A stretch of 43,771 bases of DNA from positions 1 to 43,771 of the IMG/VR virus record IMGVR_UViG_3300046734_001067. One strand, given 5' to 3'. The position numbers and the translations under genes are program-made. The DNA is from a virus. Lineage: Duplodnaviria > Caudoviricetes. This document shows positions 1 to 7,522 of this stretch, piece after piece (position 1 is the first letter of the stretch; each line of letters opens with the position of its first letter). The notes under the pieces are model-generated. The model ran no database searches. It was not told where the DNA came from and saw only the letters and a list, made by a program, of their open reading frames with translations.

Positions 1-381
1 CTGTTTTCCGAGATCGTCGCGACCATTCTTTGCATACTCATAACACTTCCTCAGTTCGTCTGCAAACTTTTTATGTTCTGGAGTAGCATCAAAATCAATG
101 CGCTCGAAACACTTTTCTTCATCGACATAATGAATAACACAACCAAAGAGAAACTTCGGAATAAGTTCAACCTTATCGCACCAACTATTATATTCGATAT
201 GCTTCTTAATCCATCGCTGGCGAGGCTTTAAGAAAATGCTCATTTTGTCTAAAAAGGTTTCACGATACATTGGAAACATCCAATTCCATAAATTTCCGAT
301 ATAGCTTATGGGCTTTGGAGCGTAGTATATTAACCAACCTCTAATACCCCAAAGTTGAATTAGTTCTATTTGCTTTTTCAT
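1..381 (-). CDS. hypothetical phage protein, 3' partial (runs off the window; not in the ORF track)
   Basis: Hand translation from the ATG at 381: MKKQIELIQLWGIRGW...WCDKVELIPKFLFGCVIHYVDEEKCF...; open for 127 codons to position 1; ATGA overlap with the upstream stop. Confidence 0.8.
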   Translation of the reverse strand, partial: MKKQIELIQLWGIRGWLIYYAPKPISYIGNLWNWMFPMYRETFLDKMSIFLKPRQRWIKKHIEYNSWCDKVELIPKFLFGCVIHYVDEEKCFERIDFDATPEHKKFADELRKCYEYAKNGRDDLGKQ

Positions 382-569
382 AGTGCTGAAGCATTTGATT
401 TCGTCGAACGCTTCTCTAGATTATTTTTGATAGCCTTGTCAATCTTTGGAGTAACCAGATGACCGACATGATCGTTATGAACTAGATGACCGCTTGAGCG
501 ACCCATTAGTTTTCTTTTTGCGGGATTCGGCGCTCTTAAATCAGCGCCTGGTTTTGTTTTTTTAGCCAT
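378..569 (-). CDS. small basic hypothetical protein (63 aa, MAKKTKPG...)
   Basis: ORF 378..608; ATG at 569 preferred because TTGACT-16-CATTAT lies 7 nt upstream. Confidence 0.65.
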   Translation of the reverse strand: MAKKTKPGADLRAPNPAKRKLMGRSSGHLVHNDHVGHLVTPKIDKAIKNNLEKRSTKSNASAL

Positions 570-576
570 ATGACGT

Positions 577-604
577 ATAATGCCATAAAAAATAACAAAG
601 TCAA
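577..604 (-). promoter_or_regulatory. sigma70-like promoter, probably leaderless
   Basis: TTGACT (604-599), 16 nt, CATTAT (582-577), 7 nt, ATG. Confidence 0.5.
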
Positions 605-612
605 GCAAAAAG

Positions 613-789
613 TTAAAAAGTTTCGTAAATAATAAACTCTGGCTGAGCTTCTTTTTCTTTGAACTTGTTTGGAAAAACCGTTACGGGGTGTTTCTTCCCG
701 TCTATGACTACATATCCAGCCAAATATTTGCCATTTTTGCCTTCTTTTTTCCAGAAGGCGCCTCTTTGTTGTTCCGTCCATTTGCTCAT
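613..789 (-). CDS. DUF736-like small protein (58 aa)
   Basis: GAFWKKEGKNGKYLAG...FPNKFKEKEAQPEF resembles DUF736-type small beta proteins; start at 789 fits the promoter. Confidence 0.6.
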   Translation of the reverse strand: MSKWTEQQRGAFWKKEGKNGKYLAGYVVIDGKKHPVTVFPNKFKEKEAQPEFIIYETF

Positions 790-796
790 TTTACAA

Positions 797-825
797 ATGA
801 TATCACAAAAAAGTACTTTTGTCAA
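797..825 (-). promoter_or_regulatory. near-consensus sigma70 promoter, leaderless
   Basis: TTGACA (825-820), 17 nt, TATCAT (802-797), 7 nt, ATG 789. Confidence 0.8.
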
Positions 826-1067
826 GTTAAATTCTTCCAAGCGTTCTGACAATGATATTTATCTTGAAACAAAAAATTAATAAATTTATAAAATTTTCCC
901 CTTATCGGGAGATTTTCTTGTTTCCAGTATCCGCAATAAGCAGAGAAGGTTAGGTTGGCGTTTAACCCAAAAACCGAGGCTAGTCCTTGTGACATAGCCT
1001 CGGCTAGATTCCAATAATAAGATTTTCCCCTAGATTTTGAGGGGTCAGCCTTTATGGTTATTCTCAT
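822..1067 (-). CDS. hypothetical protein
   Basis: ORF; ATG at 1067 overlaps the upstream TAA (TAATG coupling). Confidence 0.65.
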   Translation of the reverse strand: MRITIKADPSKSRGKSYYWNLAEAMSQGLASVFGLNANLTFSAYCGYWKQENLPIRGKFYKFINFLFQDKYHCQNAWKNLT

Positions 1068-1636
1068 TACCAAACAATTGCTTCTAATTCTGCCAGTGTT
1101 GTGGCGGCAGTTACAGCCTCGACAAGTTGCGCCTCTTTAGCGAATGCGGCAGACTTTCTTTCTATACCTTCTGTGATTGCTGTCTGAAATTGTTCTTTAG
1201 TAATCACATTGTAAGAGCCGTCTGCCGACTTATAACCAACAAAGGAGCCACCATCTGGTAGGATTTCGATCAAAGTCTTTACGTCAATAATAGTTTCTAA
1301 ATCTGATTTGAATTGTAGACCATCGCTGGTCACAAGAATTGCATTATATTCTGCATCTCTACCTTTTTTGATTTCTTGAATTTTGCGAGATCTAAACAGG
1401 TCTGAATTTTCTGCAAACCGCTCTTCTTTTCTCTCTTGTCTTTCTGTAGCCATCTTTTCATCTAAGCTAACAACCTCGTTGCTAATTAAGAACATTGGTT
1501 CGGTCGAAGATTCAAAGATGCTGGCTTTAGCGTTAGAAATAGATACTACTTCTGCAAATTCGGGTACATTTAAAAAATCATCGTCTTTTACTCTGATGAT
1601 TCGTTTTGATTCAATATTAATTAGGGCGTTTTTCAT
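1067..1636 (-). CDS. DUF4376-like protein (tail-fibre assembly/chaperone type)
   Basis: C-terminal KIQEIKKGRD...FKSD...AFAKEAQLVEAVTAATTLAELEAIVW pattern. Confidence 0.7.
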   Translation of the reverse strand: MKNALINIESKRIIRVKDDDFLNVPEFAEVVSISNAKASIFESSTEPMFLISNEVVSLDEKMATERQERKEERFAENSDLFRSRKIQEIKKGRDAEYNAILVTSDGLQFKSDLETIIDVKTLIEILPDGGSFVGYKSADGSYNVITKEQFQTAITEGIERKSAAFAKEAQLVEAVTAATTLAELEAIVW

Positions 1637-2433
1637 AGTTCGTTAATCCAGTTAAATTTTTGATTGAGTTGTTCTGATAGCTGGCGACCTAATGTCTCGT
1701 GCCAGTCTTTTACTAAAGGTTTAATTTCTTGACGGATGACGTGGTCTCCGTAGGGGAAGCCAACATCATACTCCTGAGTGTATTGCTCGACGTTAGAAGT
1801 ATTGTGGATGAATGGGTCTTCGCCCAGATACTCCCAGACTTTGTTCATTGTGTCTTGAGGGTTCTCCGTTAAGTCATCGGCGTGAACAAACATAAGCCTA
1901 TCACCAAAGCGTTCCTTGGCTTCGTGCAAGCGTTCGATAGCGATTCCAATAGGAGGACTTTGTAGCCAGCCATTTACACGCTTTTCAATAGTCGTCCAGT
2001 TCTGAGGATTCTGTTGCTCAATACCGTTGAACACTTCTGGATGCTGTCTACGCTTTTTCTCCATACTGGACAAAACACCTCTAATGTCACGAACAGGAAC
2101 AAGAACCTTAGCATCTTCCCACACCTTGAAGAGCTGGTCTAAGTGACCAATCCAAGAACGGCACTTGTCTACCACTACAGGTCTGTCGGTAATGCTGTTG
2201 AAAGCATTCTCACAGCCAGCCTTGACGTAGTCCAGATACATAGGCTCAAGGACATTTTTTTTATCCACTGCCTTAGCCTCTTCGGTCTGAAAGACCTGTC
2301 GAGCAATATAACCTATTTCGTGCAAGGCGCTAGTAGGCGTAGCGTGAACCTTTGGGTTCTGTGCAAGTAGATTACAGAGCAGCGTTGAGCAAGCTCGTGG
2401 AAGACCAGATACGAAGTGTAGTTGTTTACTCAT
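1633..2433 (-). CDS. sulfotransferase family protein
   Basis: FVSGLPRACSTLL (5'-PSB loop variant of GLPRSGSTLL), VVDK, VRDIRGVLSS (3'-PB), DLTENPQDTMNKVWEYLG. Confidence 0.85.
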   Translation of the reverse strand: MSKQLHFVSGLPRACSTLLCNLLAQNPKVHATPTSALHEIGYIARQVFQTEEAKAVDKKNVLEPMYLDYVKAGCENAFNSITDRPVVVDKCRSWIGHLDQLFKVWEDAKVLVPVRDIRGVLSSMEKKRRQHPEVFNGIEQQNPQNWTTIEKRVNGWLQSPPIGIAIERLHEAKERFGDRLMFVHADDLTENPQDTMNKVWEYLGEDPFIHNTSNVEQYTQEYDVGFPYGDHVIRQEIKPLVKDWHETLGRQLSEQLNQKFNWINEL

Positions 2434-2439
2434 ATTTAT

Positions 2440-2467
2440 ATGATATATCTAGGTCTTTAAAAGTCAA
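2440..2467 (-). promoter_or_regulatory. sigma70-like promoter, leaderless
   Basis: TTGACT (2467-2462), 16 nt, TATCAT (2445-2440), 6 nt, ATG 2433. Confidence 0.65.
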
Positions 2468-3619
2468 CTATAAATCGAAGACGACTGTCAAACCTCCATA
2501 TGTAGATGTGTAGCCTGTAGCTCCTACTGGGACGTGAATTTCTGTGGCTGAAATACCGTAAAATGCATTGCTCCCTAAAGTTGGAGCAGTTGTGGCGAGG
2601 CAGTTAACTGTAGCTAAGGAAGTGCAAAGAGCAAAAGCGAAACTTCCAATCGAAGTTACACTATCAGGAATAGTTATGCTGGTAAGACTTGAGCAAAACA
2701 TAAAAACGTTATCTCCAATCGACGTGAATAAAGGATTAATAGGAAGTGTTATGCTGGTAAGACTTGAGCAATAAGCAAAAGCGAAACTTCCAATCGAAGT
2801 TACACTATCAGGAATAGTTATGCTGGTAAGACTTGAGCAATAAGTAAAAACGTTATCTCCAATCGAAGTAATACTATCTGGAAAAGTTATACTGGTAAGA
2901 CTGGAACAGGATGCAAAAGAATAATTCCCAATCGATGTTACACCATCACCAATAGTTACACTGGTAAGACTTGGGCAATCACTGAAAACACGAGTGTTAA
3001 TCGAAGTAACGCTATCTGGAATCGTAATGCTGTTTAGGCCTGTGAGCTGAAATGCACCATTCCCAATCGAGGTCACACTATCTGGAATAGTTATGCTGGT
3101 AAGACTTGAGCATGACCTGAAAATACTATCACTAAGTGAAGTAATTCCATAGGGAAGAGAAACACTGGTAAGACTTGAGCAATAGCGGAATGCGCTACTC
3201 CCGATGCTTGTGACGCTGTTGGGAATGGTAATCTCCGTTAGGTTATCGCAGTCAATAAGTCCATCATCCCCAATGCTGGTAACAGTGTCGGGTATTGTGA
3301 TGCTGGTCATGCTGGTGTTTTCAAATGCTGCATCATCAATTGAAGTCACATTGCTTCCAACATATACGGAGGTTAGACTTCTGTTATATTGATACCCAGA
3401 TGTGTTATCAATAGTCGTAAGGTCACGTGTCCGCTTTGTGCCAGATATAAAGTCCGTTGTGTATGGGTAAGACTGCTCTATAGCAGCATCACTCATTGGC
3501 AAATTATCTAATGAGATTTTCTTAGTTTCTCCAGCACTAGTATCAACAACTGGCAAAATGTCAGTTGCTGCGTTAGCCGAAGTGAGTTCAACGAGTTGAG
3601 ATATTTTTTTGTCTGCCAT
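2468..3619 (-). CDS. BspA-type (LRR_5) leucine-rich repeat protein A, probably virion-associated
   Basis: About 12 CxSLTSITIPDSVTSIGxxAF repeats; N-terminal MADKKISQL...LPVVD...ETKKI segment typical of phage fibre/decoration proteins; no signal peptide. Confidence 0.9.
   Translation of the reverse strand: MADKKISQLVELTSANAATDILPVVDTSAGETKKISLDNLPMSDAAIEQSYPYTTDFISGTKRTRDLTTIDNTSGYQYNRSLTSVYVGSNVTSIDDAAFENTSMTSITIPDTVTSIGDDGLIDCDNLTEITIPNSVTSIGSSAFRYCSSLTSVSLPYGITSLSDSIFRSCSSLTSITIPDSVTSIGNGAFQLTGLNSITIPDSVTSINTRVFSDCPSLTSVTIGDGVTSIGNYSFASCSSLTSITFPDSITSIGDNVFTYCSSLTSITIPDSVTSIGSFAFAYCSSLTSITLPINPLFTSIGDNVFMFCSSLTSITIPDSVTSIGSFAFALCTSLATVNCLATTAPTLGSNAFYGISATEIHVPVGATGYTSTYGGLTVVFDL
2630..2866. 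repeat. direct repeat within LRR gene A (2630-2722 vs 2774-2866)
   Basis: 93 nt at a 144-nt offset; first 67 nt identical, 3 mismatches overall. Confidence 0.9.
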
Positions 3620-3933
3620 TATATTATAAGTCTGCGACGACTGTCAAACCTCCATATGTAGCTCCGTATCCTGTTGCCCCCACTGGAACGTGAATTTCAG
3701 TAGTTAAAGTACCGCTAAATACACCAGAACCTAAAGTTGGAGCGGTGGTAGCCAGACAGTTGATTGTAGCTAGACTTGTGCAGTAATAAAAACAACCACT
3801 ACCAATCGAAGTAACACCATCTGGAAAAGTTATACTGGGAAGACTGGAACAGGATGCAAAAGAATAATTCCCAATCGATGTTACACCATCACCAATAGTT
3901 ACACTGGTAAGACTTGGGCAATCACTGAAAACA
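2876..3933. repeat. inter-paralog direct repeat (2876-2990 vs 3819-3933)
   Basis: 114/115 nt identical; the mismatch is 2896 vs 3839. Confidence 0.9.
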
Positions 3934-4832
3934 AATTTGTTAATCGAAGTAACGCCATCTGGAATCGTAAAACTGTCTATGCTTGTGGACTGAAAAGCAT
4001 AACTCCCAATCGAGGTCACACTATCAGGAATCGTAATACTGGTCAGGGAATTGCAGCTACGGAAAACACGTTCGTTAATCGAAGTAACGCCATCTGGAAT
4101 AGTTATGCTGGTAAGACTTGAGCAGTAATTAAAACAACCACTACCAATCGAAGTTACACCATCAGGAATAGTTATGCTGGTAAGACTTGCGCAACTCTTG
4201 AAAGCAAAATTACCAATCGAAGTTACACCATCAGGAATAGTTACACTAGTAAAGTTGCAGTAAGTAAATGCATAATTTCCAATATAGGTCACGCTATCAG
4301 GAATAGTTATGCTGGTAAGACTTGTGCCGTCAAAAGAATGATCCTCAATCGAAGTTATACTATCTGGAATCGTAACACTGGTCAGGGAACCGCAGCCACG
4401 GAATGCACTAGCTCCAATCGATGTTACACTATCTGGAAGCTTAATGCTGGACATATTGCAGCGATAAAAAGCATTACTACCAATCGAAGTCGCACCATCA
4501 GCAATAGTTATATTGGCAAGAGATGTGCAGTAATTGAAAGCATTACTACCAATCGAAGTCACATTGCTCCCAACGTAAATAGAAGTGAGGTTCCAGTTGT
4601 ATCTATACCCGTCTGAGCTTGTGATGCTCGTAAGGTCACGTGTCTGCTCTGTGCCAGATTGAAAGTCCGTTGTGAAAGAGTAAGACTGCTCTATAGCGGC
4701 ATCACTCATCGGCAAATTAGCCAAGGCGATTTTCTTAGTTTCGCCAACGCTAGTATCAACAACTGGCAAGAAGTCAGTTACTGCGTTAGCTGAAGTTAAT
4801 TCTGTTAGTTGCGATATTTTTTTGTCTGCCAT
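3624..4832 (-). CDS. BspA-type LRR protein B, paralog of A (402 aa)
   Basis: About 13 LRR_5 repeats with the same N and C caps as A; start at 4832 (MADKKISQ) matches the paralog and has GTGTAA 8 nt upstream. Confidence 0.9.
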   Translation of the reverse strand: MADKKISQLTELTSANAVTDFLPVVDTSVGETKKIALANLPMSDAAIEQSYSFTTDFQSGTEQTRDLTSITSSDGYRYNWNLTSIYVGSNVTSIGSNAFNYCTSLANITIADGATSIGSNAFYRCNMSSIKLPDSVTSIGASAFRGCGSLTSVTIPDSITSIEDHSFDGTSLTSITIPDSVTYIGNYAFTYCNFTSVTIPDGVTSIGNFAFKSCASLTSITIPDGVTSIGSGCFNYCSSLTSITIPDGVTSINERVFRSCNSLTSITIPDSVTSIGSYAFQSTSIDSFTIPDGVTSINKFVFSDCPSLTSVTIGDGVTSIGNYSFASCSSLPSITFPDGVTSIGSGCFYYCTSLATINCLATTAPTLGSGVFSGTLTTEIHVPVGATGYGATYGGLTVVADL

Positions 4833-4840
4833 AGTATTTA

Positions 4841-4846
4841 TTACAC
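4841..4846 (-). promoter_or_regulatory. GTGTAA upstream element
   Basis: GTGTAA, 8 nt, ATG 4832. Confidence 0.75.
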
Positions 4847-4853
4847 TAAACAT

Positions 4854-4916
4854 TTTGCCAGTTGTTGATTTGCTTGCATTTTTAGGAATATGTACAAAAT
4901 TAACATTCCTTATCAT
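4854..4916 (-). pseudogene. remnant of a sulfotransferase 5' end
   Basis: MIRNVNFVHIPKNASKS matches the FxHIPKxxxxS motif of Sulfotransfer_2-type enzymes, but the rest of the domain is absent. Confidence 0.5.
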
Positions 4917-4948
4917 TTATTTCTTCTGTGAAATGATACTGGCTCATA

Positions 4949-5545
4949 TTAATCAAAATAAAATGTTTTTTTATTGTCGTATTCACTATATGTGTCTAAA
5001 TCAAACCCCAAACTGTTCATTTTGGCTACAATTTCATGCTCTAAAGAATTTATGTTTATCTGTTCTATGATTTTCTCATCCTTTCTCATTGTTGTGACAT
5101 ATTTGCCAACTTGATAAATTTTTTCCCTTATTTTTGCGCCCGAACTCCTGCGAAATTCTTTACAAAAAATTTGAGAAAAATCTTTTTTTAAGAAATATAT
5201 CTTTATTTGATCGTTTTCTATATCCCAACCAACGCCGTACCATTTAAATCCATTGGGCGCTTTAGGGCGTATATTTAAAGAATTTAACATCTTTAATGCA
5301 TTTTTTCGAAATAAATCTGGATTCGTTTTTGTACCTACAATAAATCGAGAAGTGTTGATTACCTTATTTTTAACACTGATAATAAAAGAATAGCAGGATA
5401 GATGCTCATTCTCACAAATATCCCCTTCGGTTATATTATTCAAAGATTCTGTTATGAAGCGGTATTCTAGACTATTCACATTTGATAAAATCGAATAAAT
5501 ATTTTTTTGGTATTTATAAAATAAATCTTTAATTCTGGGGATCAT
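4949..5545 (-). CDS. hypothetical protein (weak resemblance to ABBA/LynF-type prenyltransferases)
   Basis: 198 aa, very AT-rich; SRF and YGVGWD..IKIYF segments. Confidence 0.6.
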   Translation of the reverse strand: MIPRIKDLFYKYQKNIYSILSNVNSLEYRFITESLNNITEGDICENEHLSCYSFIISVKNKVINTSRFIVGTKTNPDLFRKNALKMLNSLNIRPKAPNGFKWYGVGWDIENDQIKIYFLKKDFSQIFCKEFRRSSGAKIREKIYQVGKYVTTMRKDEKIIEQININSLEHEIVAKMNSLGFDLDTYSEYDNKKTFYFD

Positions 5546-5550
5546 AATAT

Positions 5551-5578
5551 ATTATAAATTTAATAATTAAAGTGTAAA
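5551..5578. promoter_or_regulatory. overlapping divergent regulatory region
   Basis: Plus strand: GTGTAA 5572-5577, 8 nt, ATG 5586. Minus strand: TTTACA, 16 nt, TATAAT (5556-5551), 5 nt, ATG 5545. Confidence 0.65.
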
Positions 5579-5585
5579 CTTAAAT

Positions 5586-6557
5586 ATGGCAGAAGGAATA
5601 AACCAAAAAGTGGCTTCAGAGGCTATGTCTCTAGAACCCAGTCAAATTTTAGAATTTTATTTAATATATTATGACTGGCCAGAAGATCAAAATAGCGTCT
5701 TAGCTCTAACCCCATATCAAAAATCAATTTCAGATAGGATTGTTTGGCAAGGGCAGGAATTTATATCATATCCAATGGAAACTGAAGGTTTCGAAGTTAA
5801 AGGAGATAATAGCTTGCCTAGACCAAGGCTCAAGGTATCCAATATACAATATGTTATATCTAAATATTTAAAAGTCCATAATAACTTAATCGGTGCGAAA
5901 GTGGTTAGAAAACGAACTTTTGCAAGGTTTTTAGATGATATAAATTTTGAAGGAGGTAAAAACCCATATTTTGACATTTCTACACAAGCGAGCGAAGCTT
6001 CTGGCGAAATGTTCCTACCTGATCAGACTTTTTACATAAACAGAAGAACTACGGAAACAAAAGAATTGGTTGAATTTGAATTATCTACCGTTTTTGAATT
6101 AGATAATGTATATATTCCCAATAGAAATGTTTATTCTAGATACTGTACGTGGATATACAGAGGACATGGCTGCAGGTACGCGGGGAAGCCAAAAACCACC
6201 TCAAATTCTCAACCATTCACGGATGCTAGCGGAGCTGCTGTATCTCCATCAACAATTAAGGGATTATGGAAAAATAGCAATACTTATAACAAGGGTGATT
6301 GCGTTTTCGTCCAAATTGAAAATTTTGTCATAAGAAAAGAAGATGAAACCGATTTGTCTGCTCCAGCAGAAAGGTTAAAAACATATTATGTTTGTGTCGC
6401 TAATGGCGTATCGGGGAATGAAAATTTTCCACCGATATCAAAAAATTGGCAAAAAGATGAATGCTCAAAAAAAGTCTCTGATTGTAAATTAAGATTTCCA
6501 GGCCAATTAAGGTTTGGAGGATACCCAGGAACTCATGCATACCCACCAAAAGGATAA
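5586..6557 (+). CDS. phage minor tail protein L (lambda gpL-like)
   Basis: YPMETEGFE..LPRPRLKVSN, GAKVVRKRTFARFLD, VEFELS, CTWIYRGHGCRY, DECSKKVSDCKLRF, FGGYP. Confidence 0.92.
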   Translation: MAEGINQKVASEAMSLEPSQILEFYLIYYDWPEDQNSVLALTPYQKSISDRIVWQGQEFISYPMETEGFEVKGDNSLPRPRLKVSNIQYVISKYLKVHNNLIGAKVVRKRTFARFLDDINFEGGKNPYFDISTQASEASGEMFLPDQTFYINRRTTETKELVEFELSTVFELDNVYIPNRNVYSRYCTWIYRGHGCRYAGKPKTTSNSQPFTDASGAAVSPSTIKGLWKNSNTYNKGDCVFVQIENFVIRKEDETDLSAPAERLKTYYVCVANGVSGNENFPPISKNWQKDECSKKVSDCKLRFPGQLRFGGYPGTHAYPPKG

Positions 6558-6927
6558 ATTTATAAACGATCTTGTAGAATACGCGAATACAGACACGAGT
6601 AAGGAAGTTTGCGGTTTTGTGTGTTATGGAGATGGAGAGCTTTTTTTAAAGCCAGCAAAGAATCATTCAAAGGATAATGATATTTTTATAATAAACCCCG
6701 CAGATTTTTTAGAAAGGAAATTAAGCGGCGAGCTTTTGGCGATATTCCATACCCACGTTAGTGCTAAAGAAGATCCCTCTGAGTACGATATCGAAAATTC
6801 AAAAAATTGTCTTTACCCATTTTTGATATATTCTTTAACTACTGAAAGATTTTGCTTATTTGACATGCCTCATTTCGAAAGACTAGAAAAAGGTGTAATA
6901 AGATTAAAGGAGTTTTTGGATGACTAA
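6535..6927 (+). CDS. JAB/MPN-domain tail assembly protein (gpK N-domain, no NlpC/P60)
   Basis: EVCGF...FHTH...PSEYD JAMM motif; position between L and I. Confidence 0.85.
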   Translation: MHTHQKDKFINDLVEYANTDTSKEVCGFVCYGDGELFLKPAKNHSKDNDIFIINPADFLERKLSGELLAIFHTHVSAKEDPSEYDIENSKNCLYPFLIYSLTTERFCLFDMPHFERLEKGVIRLKEFLDD

Positions 6928-7522
6928 TGTTATAATACATGGAGAATTAGCTACAATCTGCGGCAAACAGCACAGATTTAAAGTAAACAAGCTTTTGGAT
7001 ATAACAAGAGCTTTAAATGCAAATAACTCCAGGGTTAGAAATTTTTTAATTTCAAGATTTAAAGAAGGTCTAAGTTATGCGTTTATAGACCCAAAAAATC
7101 CAAATAAAAAATGGGAAACTATACAGCAGCTTTCTTCCGCCAAAGCGCCCGAAGAAGTGCATATAGTGCCCGTTGTAAATGGGGCTTTTGTGGTATCGGC
7201 TGTTGTGGCGGCGGTAACCGCAGTAGCTGGTTTTGTAGGCGCAGCTTTTGCTGCGTTGGGAACCGCATTAGCTGGTGGTGGATTTTTAGCAAATTTGGCC
7301 ATAGGTATGTTAATACAAGGCGTTATGTCTTTATTGTTTCCTGTCGAAATGCCAAAAATGGCCGATCAGAAGGTCGAAACCAAAATCGATCAATCTAGTT
7401 ACATTTTTAGCAATTTGGAAAACAATGTAGTGCAAGGATTTCCCATTCCTTTGGTTTATGGAGAGTTGAGAATTGGATCAAATATTATCTCAACAAACGT
7501 TGTTGCCCAAGATTTAGCATAA
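6920..7522 (+). CDS. tail assembly protein I (lambda gpI-like)
   Basis: HGEL N-terminus, VHIVPVVNG, hydrophobic Ala/Gly stretch, SYIFSNLENNVVQGFPIPLVYGELRIGS. Confidence 0.88.
   Translation: MTNVIIHGELATICGKQHRFKVNKLLDITRALNANNSRVRNFLISRFKEGLSYAFIDPKNPNKKWETIQQLSSAKAPEEVHIVPVVNGAFVVSAVVAAVTAVAGFVGAAFAALGTALAGGGFLANLAIGMLIQGVMSLLFPVEMPKMADQKVETKIDQSSYIFSNLENNVVQGFPIPLVYGELRIGSNIISTNVVAQDLA

Noticed and set aside
2600-4460. Many GTGTAA matches inside the LRR genes
   Set aside because: Explained by Ser/Gly-Val-Thr codons and not followed by a start codon; excluded from the motif count
2600-4600. Periodic 66-69 nt repeats with variable intervals that resemble a CRISPR array
   Set aside because: They are in-frame LRR coding repeats, degenerate, with no cas operon nearby
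2468-4832. Diversity-generating retroelement TR/VR pair
   Set aside because: No reverse transcriptase in the window; both copies are coding and the mismatches are not adenine-specific
4833-4916. ORF-track start of LRR gene B at 4916
   Set aside because: Paralog alignment and GTGTAA spacing support 4832
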